A stretch of DNA of 61,134 nt, filler included, from Sluysia triapertura (Eukaryota), in assembly GCA_046118255.1 (NCBI GenBank). It is 5 parts of 5 records of this genome, joined end to end, with 100 filler letters (N's around TTAATTAATTAA, not from the genome) between each part and the next. Parts side by side here need not be neighbours in the genome. Positions count along the whole stretch, not along the records: positions 48,405 to 61,134 come from JBJNIA010085693.1; 4 more parts are not named here. One strand, written 5' to 3'. Positions 50,875 through 61,134 of the stretch are shown piece after piece; position 1 is the stretch's first letter, and every line of letters starts with the position of its first letter. A model generated the notes under the pieces. That model searched no databases. It saw only the letters and a program-made list of their open reading frames with translations, and had not been told where the DNA came from. The translations under genes were made by a program, and so were the position numbers.

Positions 50875-52699
50875 ATTAAGTAACATCATATTTTTTTATA
50901 TCTAACCACGGCATAAAAGGGATTTATCGAAGTATGTAAACGATAGTCGAACCTATGGTGCATACAAATTATGCACCATACAAAATAATAATGTTGTAAG
51001 AACCCCATAAGCCCAAAAAAGTTTAAATAAAATTTGTTGCGCATACTTTACAATGTCCAAAATTATCTAGATATCCACAAATATTCACTTTAAGATCCAA
51101 AAACGCCTTTTTAAATTTTCTAAAAGTAATTATAAACATCTCTAATAACAGAGCGGATACGGGAAACTCAGACAAATATGAAGAAATAAGGCACGATTTT
51201 TCAAACTTAAATAGAATTTAAAAATATTATGAATCATACGTAAACGTCAATAAAACATGAAAAATCCACTAATAGACACAAACAAATACTACCTAGCAAA
51301 TCGAATATAAATAAATAGAATACATAGTATGAAAAATGATATACAGTCAAAATATATCACCAAAATAGTAATATGTACTGTAATTAACCAGTCATATTAT
51401 AAAATCCAGTACATATAGATTACTATGGAGTTAAATTGGTTAACTAGTAAAATGTAGAATTAAATAGAAGTTGATCATAGAGAAGATCTTATATGATGAA
51501 AATTAAATGGTTCTTGGTTATAAATTCTGAACAGAGAAAAATAGTACATAAAGGTTAGAATTTTGTAAATAAAACATAATTAATTGAAGGTTATATATTT
51601 TATTTGGTACAAATGTTATGAGTTATAAATTTATTTGGTTGAGAATTTATTTGGTACTAAATGTCGTAAGACAGCTTTAATTTGGTGGACAAAGCTGAAA
51701 TATTTAATTGGTGTACAAAATTATTGTGTCATTGCTAAAATTAAGTGCAGTATAAAATAATTTCAATTAAAATAAAATTAAAGAATTTTCTTTCTTTATA
51801 AATTAATCAATAGTTGCGTTTTGATTTTATGATTTGCAAAAATATTTGAAGCAAAGTTTTGTTAATAAAAACGCTCCTGTTTCAGCCAATCGAGAAACAA
51901 GTTAAAAGTACTCACGATTACGTATAATAATTTCAAAAGTATAAAGTTTAAAATCCACTGAATAAAGATAATCAAACGTGAAAGTTTTAATTAATTGTAA
52001 ATAAAGCTATTTATAATCTTACAAGTATAATAATCATTATCATAATTATAATTCTCAATAAATTTCGTTAACAAACGTATTTTACTTAAACCATGTCATC
52101 GCATTTATTAGACATGATAGAATTTTTCAAAAATCAATAAATAAATAAGTTTTTAACATTTTCATGTTAATAATGGTCAAAAAGTATAATAATAAATTTA
52201 AAATAATAAGAATAACAGTAATAATAACGTACAATGATAATAATAATTTAGCTACCAGTTGGTATCATACTGTTGATCATACAATAATAACAAAGTTGTA
52301 GTGTGATACTAAATCAGTCAGAGTAAAACACAATATTTTCAAGTATACGAGTCAACAATTATTTTACTCATCGTTTTAGTTATCGAATCAGATGTAAATA
52401 AAAAGAGAAAAAGAAAAAAGAGCATTATTTTGATACCAGCACTCATTTTAATTAATTGCTTAATTAATCACGTATTTTAGTTCAGTGCTATCTTGGCTAT
52501 ATAAGTTAATTGATAATTGTTATTGAATTTTGAATTTTATTGAGTTGTTGAATTTTTAAGTTTATTGATAAGTTTATTGTTTTGGTTTGATTTTTTAATT
52601 TGTGAGTAATTACGTTAAGTTTTAAGAATAGATAGTAATAATAATCCTAAGAAGAAATTTAAGAGAACTTTAAGAAGTAACTCATTAGAAAGGTTTACA

Positions 52700-53770
52700 A
52701 TGACAGTACCACTTGAAGAATTTAGAGACTGTGTCTCAACTGAATCAGAACATTAAACCCAAAGTAATACTTCCCGAAATGAGCAAGTTTAGTGGCACCG
52801 AGGAGCTTCGTGACTTTTTGTTTGAATTTCATAGCTTATCTGAAGCTAATCCCTGGACACAAATAGATAAAATTAAGAGGATCCAATATTACGTAACCGG
52901 TGTTGCAATACAAAACTATAAAGAAATAAGAGATGAATTTAAACAAGAATGGAATTCATTTATTGATGTCTTTAATGAAGAAATAGCATTAGAAGATATA
53001 GGTAAATACTATGCAAGAATGCTTAATATAAGGGTGCAGAAACCGCATGAAACAATCTACAAATTTGCCTGTGCGCTTAGAAGTTTAGCGTCCAGGGCTA
53101 GTGTTACAGATAATAGAAGAGAAATAACATTAATAGATAAGTTTAAGAATGGGCTACGTCTCGAACTACGAATTTATGTAAATTTAATTGAGGATTTGCC
53201 ATTTAAAGATATAGTTAAAAAATATGAAGTATTGAACGTACTAGTAATGAATGCAGAAATAATATAAGCTATATAGATGATCACAATAAAAATACAGGAA
53301 ATAATTTTAATGAATTCCCTAAGCATAAGTATAAGAATTCTTTTGAAGACAATAATTTTAATAGTAATAATAGTGGTTTTAATAATAGCAGTAAGGGTAG
53401 TAATAATTTTTGAGGAAATAACAGAAGTTCGAATAATTTTAGAAATAGTGCAGGAAGAAATTACAATAATCTTGGTAAAAGCAATAGAGAATTTGAGCAA
53501 AGGCAACCAAATAATATGGGTTCAAAAGAGTATGAACAACGCTCGTTATCAAGATGGCCTAATAATCAATCTAATAATAATAATAATACTTTTACTGTAA
53601 GAGATAAAAGTCCTGCACGATCAAACTATAATAATAATTATAAAACAAGAACAAATATAGAAGGCGATATAGTTTGCCATAATTGTGGTAGGCATGGGCA
53701 ATATGCTGGAAACTCTAATAAGTTAAAATCAAACACTCGTGAACAATCAGACTATCAAGTCAGTAGAACC
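52700..53770 (+). pseudogene. gag: Ty3/Gypsy gag (retrotransposon Gag domain, Asn-rich linker, degenerate CCHC knuckle); no pol follows
   Basis: KFSGTEELRDFLFEF...W...QKPHETIYKFACALRSLA...DKFKNGLRLELR. CHNCGRHGQYAGNS knuckle. Confidence 0.9.
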
Positions 53771-55499
53771 ACCCACATCCGTAATCAAATTAAATCTTCC
53801 TACCACTTATTTCGTTTTGCGTCTTAATTATATAAATTTTTAAATCCATTATATAATTATTGCATGCGTTGCAAAGATAATAAAGTAAAACAAATGTATA
53901 AATTATGAATGTGAATGTATAAATTTATGAAATATGATTAATAAGATCAAACCTAACTAAAAGCAAATGAAATGTTTCCTATAGATATCTTCGATTACTT
54001 TTTAATCTTGAAAAGTCAATTATAAATTTATCTCAATTTTATTTATCTTCATGTGACATTTTTCTCTAATTTTAATTTAACACATATGTCGGCAGATTAA
54101 TTATGTTTCGTTTTCATTATATTTTAATTTTACGTTAAAATCTTAAATATAGAAATATTCTTAAAATCTTGAAAATATTTGAATTTTCTATAATTTACGA
54201 TCCGCATTCGTAGTTGTTTAGTCACAAAAAGTAATTGGTCCGTTTTGAAATATTTCAGAAACCATCGCAAAGCATTTTCTTCATAGATTATATTTTAAAT
54301 TATTAATTTATAAAATTATATTTACTATAAACAAAAACAGAAACAATTTAAAACAATTAAAATAACATACTGATTTAAAGAGTAAACAAAAGGTAACCAT
54401 TGCGATTTTTTACTAATGTAGGTACTTAACAAGACTGGAATATGTTTAACATTTAAAAAAGGATCTTTGATTGTTAAACGAAGATATCGCATAAGAGTCA
54501 AAAATTCCATTTCTCCAATTCGTAGTTACAAATCATAAAAATGTTTACTTTTGGTCAGTCTATTTTTACATTTTATATACGACATTTATAAAAGTAAAAT
54601 TATAATTATTGATCTATGACAAAAGTATTTTAAATGAAATTTTTAATGTATTTTTAATTTTTTATTATTAAATTAAAAAGGCTGATAAAACGAAAAGTAA
54701 GAATGTAAAATGAATTAAAATAATAGTACAACAATTGATTATTTTGAAAAATTTTACAAACTATTTATGAATCGACTAATTCATCTCAGAAAATAAAACA
54801 TACAAAAAATTTCTAAAATCGGACACAAATTACATATATTATGCAATGTTGCTGTACCTTAAAAAAACAACTTGGTTCGATTGAGTTCATGTAATCATAG
54901 TCAGGTTTTGATTAAATTTCAGTTTAGAATAGTAAATTTTTCACTTTTGGAATGATTAAAAAATAGTGAATTGAATATTTTGGAGGAGATTCTCGAAATG
55001 AATTTGAAATGTTTGCATAATATTTTCTTTAGGAGACTTAGCTAAAAAATATAAACTGATGTTAAAGCTTATATGAACGTTTTATTTTTGGTATGATTTG
55101 TATAAGACATGCTGAAGATGTGGTATTTATTAATTTCAAGTTATTTCAAATTATAAATAGCAACTAAATTAAGTATCACACAGTAACAGAAAAATTTCAA
55201 TTTATGCTTCTATCCTAAACTGAAATTTATGAACGGAACAATACTTCTGCTACACATGAAAAGTTCAAAGATATGTTTACGGAATAGATTTAAAAATATA
55301 TTTAGAAAATTATCCAATATATATAATAAGAAAAAAAACAATAATAATGACAACGTTTATGTGATTATTATGTTCATTAATACAGAATTGTTGAAATTTA
55401 TTATGAAATATTGTCATAAAAATTATTATTAAAGTTATTATAAAAGTTGTTATTCGACATTTATTATATAACAATAATGGCTATAATTGTTGCACATAT

Positions 55500-55803
55500 T
55501 TTAATATAATATGAATCGTAATAACAATAGCGATAGTTCATGATAATTAGATGGGATGGTCGTGTTTACTTTTAAATGAGTTTAGTAATTTGTTTAATAG
55601 TTTGTGTATGTGAGGAGTGTTTTTATGCGATGAATTATGATGAATTTTATGTGATGAATTCCCTACATTATAAGGATGAGTGTTGTAATGTTGTAAATGA
55701 TACAGATGTGACTTGTTATAATGTAATTTTTTGCCATGAGGTTTGTGTAGATGAATGTTATGATTGATGTGATATATAGGTAGATGTAAGTTGGGCCGCC
55801 ACA
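55500..55803 (-). mobile_element. TGTGG-family end
   Basis: TGTGGCGGCCCAAC at 55803 followed by C/A-rich sequence shared with 17315-17425. Confidence 0.6.
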
Positions 55804-57228
55804 TTCCTATGTCTAATGATCTTATCTTTTTAGAATTTTTCTCCAATGTTAACAATTTTAATACATACGATGTTGAATTTTATTTTCCTACTTTTAAAGT
55901 AATTGTGTTCTTCAATATTTATAATTATTTATTTTATAATTGATTTCAAATACGAATTTTCAAATAAAAATTATATGAATATTTTAGCTCTAAAATAAGT
56001 GTTTAATAATAATTTTGAATCTCGAAGATATTGGAGTTTTCTAACCGTATGGAACATATTAACATTAGATAATTTATAATTTTCTGAAGATATCAAAATT
56101 TTTAACAGACATTCAGCTACCCCAAGAAGATTACAATTTCGACTTTATTTTAACCATTGGACATTCTCGAAGATATTAAAAAAGATATTTCCAGTTTTAA
56201 ATAAAATAAAATTAAATCATTTTACTATTGCTTATATGTTGGTAAAAATAAATTTTTGTAATACTAATTATATTGATTTAGAATTTTCTTAGTAAATATT
56301 TATTATAGTTTTTTGTAGTTTCCTATATATAGAATAAAAATAAAATGGGATGAAATTAGGGCCAACAAGATTAGATTAAGTACTTGGATAGAAGAATTTA
56401 ATTACTATCAAACTCAATAAAGATTAAAGTTGAATAAAATTTGTGTAAAGCCAGTAATATAAAATAAGATTAAGTATTTTCTTGAATATCGGAACACGTA
56501 CAAAATTTAAATAAATCTGAGGAGTTGGAATTTCTATTGAGTACTTCTATCTCGAATAACTGAGACGAGTATTCGAGTTCACATTTCCAGATAAGGCAAA
56601 CATAATAGACAAGGTATAGATATCAATTACAAAGTTAATAAATGTGTCTCCAGTTGAATTCAAGTAGTAATATAAAGTGAGAATATTATTAAACAAGTTT
56701 GAATTAATACTAAAGAATAAGAGTTCATTACACGCACATACAAATTCTACAAAATAAATTAAAAATTGCTAAAATTTTTTTACAGTATAATTTACAAAGT
56801 AATAAAAAATCTCACATTAATATTCAAGATAACTTAAAATAAAACAAACCAAATTGCAACATTTGCTTATTAAACTTTCACGAAATCAATTTCTAAATTT
56901 TTGTTTGAATAACCTAGGAGTACTGTAATTTCCATGTGCGAAGTCCGTACCTACAAAAAAGTTATATAATGAAGTATTTCGTGCTTATGACTTTCGGACA
57001 GATTTTAATAGGATTTGTATTGATAATGATTTTGTTAAATATATTAATATTATATTACAAAAGTAATTCGAAAATTTTTTAAAGTTTTTGAGAATGATTC
57101 AGGATTAATCTTTATAACACAAATTATCCAAGTTTACTTTACATTTTAATAATCACATTATTTTACTTTACTCATAATGAAGTAAAAACCAATTAAAATT
57201 AAAAAATAATGTTTAGTCCAATTTGTCA

Positions 57229-58470
57229 CTAATCCTTATAAGAATACTGTAAGTTGACATAAAATTTAATTATATGAGCTATGTCAAAAGTCTGTAATTT
57301 TAAGTTTTCTTTATAAATAATTAACTTATGAATTTGCTTAAAGGGTTTTATAGTTATTAATTTAGTGTTAACAAAGGCATTTGCATTAAAATTTATATAA
57401 CAAAAATAAAGAAGTGTTGGGTTATATTTTACATCAATGACTATAACAATAAAACTTCTATTACTCAAAAGATAATTAAAATTATTGACTAAAATATTCA
57501 TCCTGGAACACTCTGCCAATTTCATCGATTGTCGCTTCCTAAAATAACATAAAGAATAAGTATCAAATAATAAATGATTATCAAAATATAATATTACTTT
57601 AATTCTATTGTCGTTTAAATATTGGATTGATTGAATGTCCTCTTCATATTTCCTGTAGCGATCTTTGCTTGTTTGATAACGGATTTTATCGAAATCTAAC
57701 ATGGATTGCAAGAGACTTTGAATGCTTTTGATATGAACTTGAAATAATAATGCATTGTTGTTGACACATCTCATTTGATCAACAGAATGAAAATGCTTAC
57801 AAGAATTTCCAAATTTAATGCATTTACCTGACATGTCTGTCTGGAACGGACACTGAAAAGATTTGAACCCATGATCATTGTCCTTATCATCAAAGATAAC
57901 AATACGGTGTCCGACAATATGATGGGGAATATTTGTAGAAGAGAGCATAAAACTGAATTTTCCAAATATATTTATATTTTCATCAGCAATTTTGTTATGT
58001 ATAGATTCATTTCCACCACTTTAAAAAATTAATAGAGTTATTTGAGGAAACCATTTTTTGATGACTCTAGGCAACTGTCTGGTAAAATTTTCAATTACGA
58101 TTAACATAGATTTCTCTTGGTTATGATCATTACTTTGTTTATTTAAAGAAATACGGTCTATAAAAATACCTCCTTGGTCTAATGCGGATTGGCCAATGTC
58201 GTGTGTAGTAATGTATTCAACTTGCCTGTAAGCATTGTGGAAACTTTGACTAATAGTCTTGAGTGTAATTGAACCAATTTCATCAAATTTTGACGGGATT
58301 AATGTTTTTTTTACTAGTATCCTTGAATCATTAAACGATAATTCAACTTGTGGTCGAAATCTAGGTTGTTCATAAGATACAAAATCAATATCATTAGAAA
58401 TAGTCATTAGATTTTGATATTGATTTGTAAGCGATACTTCATCCATAAACTTTGACGATATTTTGAACAT
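57229..58470 (-). CDS. Intronless ~413-codon ORF with a CCCH-type finger and one premature stop (58021-58023)
   Basis: ORFs 58021-58470 and 57229-57948 are in the same frame and the linker between them is open. CPFQTDMSGKCIKFGNSCKHFH. Confidence 0.7.
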
Positions 58471-58633
58471 CTAATGTTTATCCAACACTATCGAAATTAT
58501 AGACTCTTTATATTTTTTTGCACTGCTCAAAAAATTTTTAAACTTGAATAATAAAATAATGAAAATTCTCTTTTTTACTTTTTCTCTGTCTTTTATTGTA
58601 CGAATAATTTTTGTTTGCTTTGAAATTTGTTTT

Positions 58634-58782
58634 TGATTGGACGTCAAACTACATGTACCAATGCAGCACCAACACCAATGTATATGAAAAATGCTGATAA
58701 TTATGTCAGACACTCAGCAACTGTCAACAGTCGACAGTTTATACTATATTTTGATTGAGTTAAATTGAATTACTGTCGACTG
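58634..58782. promoter_or_regulatory. Double-hairpin CCAAT module C
   Basis: TGATTGGACGT...ACCAAT, then a perfect 11-bp IR CAGTCGACAGT/ACTGTCGACTG. Confidence 0.55.
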
Positions 58783-60081
58783 GTCCTAGTTACTGCCACT
58801 AAAATGGTCCTATTTATAAAATGGTAATAATAATGATAATAATTATTATAATAAAATAGTTAATTAGAATAAAATAGTAATAATAATAATAATAAAATAT
58901 TAACAAAGAAATTAATACAATAAAAATCTAAATGTGTATAAATTCTTCTTGATATTTTACACGAACTTTCTTTTATTTAAAAAATTACAAAACATTTCTT
59001 TACATACAATTAAATGAATTTAATTAAGATATAATTTGTTGATTTAAAATACCAAAAATGTTTAAAAGGTGTAAATACTTAAGTGTGAGAGAATTTAGAA
59101 CTTGAAATGTTTTGAATCAATTTTAAGATAAATATTTGCTAATTTAAGGTGTAAATTGTGATTCTAATGTTGCGAGATAAAGAATAAAAATGTTTTATAT
59201 GAATTTTTGAATATACTTTGATGTTTTTGAATGTAAGTAAGGTTTGGATGTTTGAAGATTGTGACTTGAAAATGTATTGAAATGAGAATAGTTTTTTTAT
59301 GGATCTGGAGAAAATAAAATGCGGCAAAGGTTTTGATACATTCTAAAAAGGTAGTTGTATAAAGTTAACAAATGTGATTATGATTCTATTGTTACGGAAT
59401 GTGCGGTATGTTGAATTAAATTAGAAATGTTTTAACTTGGTTTTTTAAGTATATGTTTGATGATTTCCATGTTGAATAAGATTTTATGTTATGGAATTTT
59501 ATATTTAGAATGTTTATAAGTATTCACAATTATGTGTTAAGTATTTATTAAAATTGTAAAAAGGATTTTGTTTGTTAAATTTGTAAAAAGTTTTTTTAAT
59601 TGTTATTATTACATTAATATTATAAAAATATTATAAAAGATTTTAGAAAAATTAAATTAATAAAAAATTATTTTTGTTTTAAATATTACAAAAATTAAAA
59701 TTATTAAAGTTGTTCAAATTAAATAAAGAAGATAAAGAAGTAATTATTTTGTTTTAATTTTTATTTAGGAAAGAAAATATTAAATTATTTTTAAAGATAA
59801 AGAAATTAATAAAAAGAAGATAAAGAAATTAATAAAGATTATAAGCCATATTGAAGGTAAAATTGATATAAATATGATACAAATCGTAGAGAGATTTAGA
59901 AAATTCTTAAGGCAATTAAACTCAAGGAAAATATTGGAATGGTAAAGAAGAGTTTTGTTAAATTAAAAGAAGAGTTCCTGAATAAATTTTTATCTTCCAT
60001 GTCCAAGTAATTAATTTTTGTATAAGTTTTTCTTAACTGTTTCACTTTATAAGGAAACGTAAAATCCATTTTTATTTTAAT

Positions 60082-60424
60082 GCAACACCTTAATACGGGT
60101 TGAGAAAACTCAATTTTAAAATCCTGCGAAACGACCAACTGAGGTTGAGTCAGTTAAATAAATTATTATTTATATTATAATTCTTTATAAGAGTTCCTCT
60201 AAGCATTAATTTTTATTTGTGTTGATTAATATACCTTAAAAGTAACAGAGTGCTTTTAGTCATTAATTTAATAAACTTTTAAAATTCGTTTTGTTGAAGC
60301 AACACCTTAATGTGGGTTGCGTAATCTATAAAATCAATTATCAGTTTTAAAGCAACACCTTAATACGTGTTGCGTAATTATAAAATATATAATTTCAATC
60401 AAACAACACTTCGTAAAGGGTTGT
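60082..60424. repeat. Array of four palindromic repeats GCAACAC-CTTAATAC-G(T/G)GTTGC
   Basis: Units start at 60082, 60299, 60352 and 60403, with non-repetitive spacers. Confidence 0.85.
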
Positions 60425-61134
60425 ATCATAAAGAGTTCCAAGTAATTGGACATAGTCATATAAGATCTATGTCATAAATACATAGTTTTTTCTAACGTTG
60501 ATTAAATTAAGTTATAAAAATCCTAATAGTACGTCTCCAATAGTGGCATAAATCGTATATATTAGGCGAACCGACTTCTTAGATATTTTGTAAGATTAAG
60601 TTTTTTAAAGAAAACACTTGCATATGGAATATTCAGAAGTGGCTTTGTTGTGTGTTAATGAAATAAAATTTATAAATATTAGGTTGACCACCACAATCTA
60701 TTAAATTATTCAGTAGTTTCAGTATATTTCAAAACTTAACTATTAATGTATATTATGTTGAAATTTATCTTACCTTATGCATCTTATCTTGAAAATAATA
60801 TAAAAATATTTTTTATACTGTTTTGCGTGTTTTTAATATATTATTAATGTTTCGTAACTTTATTTGGTTCAAATTGGCACCCATTAAAAAGTTAAATGTT
60901 AATAGTTGTATGGTCTTAGGCCGACATTAAAAATTACAAAATTAAAACGGGTTAAAACTTACAAAATTCATAAATCCATTAAATAAAATAATAAGATTGA
61001 TAAACGTTTATAGTGATAAGTAAAGCGTAATCAGAAACAATAGAAAGCTCTTATGAGTTTTACTTGGAAATACTTCTAAAAATAGACTAAAAATAATTAA
61101 AATAATAAAATTTTACTTGAAAATGTTTCTAAAA

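Larger units (their letters stand above)
55804..60695 (-). mobile_element. TGTGG-family element (left boundary uncertain)
   Basis: End TGTGGTGGTCAACC at 60695. ~59330-59390 is homologous to ~14400-14460 (TACATTCTAAAAAG; IIIxF...QL.FRMYxN). Confidence 0.6.

Noticed and set aside
53768-53777. ACCACCCACA as another TGTGG end
   Set aside because: It lies at the end of gag-derived sequence with no supporting strand skew or homology, so it is probably chance.
55547-55855. His-rich 102-aa ORF and the opposite-strand Cys/Asp-rich ORF as genes
   Set aside because: The His-rich ORF crosses the element boundary at 55803, and both reflect the C/A strand skew of the terminus.
58021-58023. Stop-codon reassignment explaining in-frame TAA/TAG in cargo ORFs
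   Set aside because: Host exons contain no in-frame stops, and neighbouring relics also have frameshifts, so ordinary decay is sufficient.

Overview
Very AT-rich eukaryotic (metazoan) DNA, not prokaryotic. Four identical 100-nt artificial spacers (44N-TTAATTAATTAA-44N) join five unrelated ~11-13 kb scaffolds: 1-11968, 12069-24092, 24193-37136, 37237-48304 and 48405-61134. Adjacency across spacers is therefore meaningless. Host genes are spliced: three NRAMP/SLC11 exons (-), three axonemal dynein heavy chain (DNAH5/8-type) exons (+), one large Vangl/Strabismus exon (-) and one coiled-coil exon (-). A ciliated AT-rich animal such as a planarian/flatworm fits, but this is inference. Most of the rest is decayed transposons: mariner, Tc1, pogo, piggyBac, hAT and Gypsy LTR/gag. 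The most interesting signal is a recurring family of large TGT...ACA elements whose end reads TGTGGTGGCCAAC-like (up to 8 ends in the window). One copy is delimited exactly by comparison with an empty mariner site. These elements carry, or sit beside, dense intronless cargo ORFs: CCCH fingers, BTB/BACK, RING-like, a signal-peptide glycoprotein, and a Gag with a huge N-terminal extension. They share a double-hairpin CCAAT promoter module and arrays of short palindromes. A separate ~100-nt structured element with compensatory base changes occurs twice, on different scaffolds. All calls were made by eye; no database searches were run.
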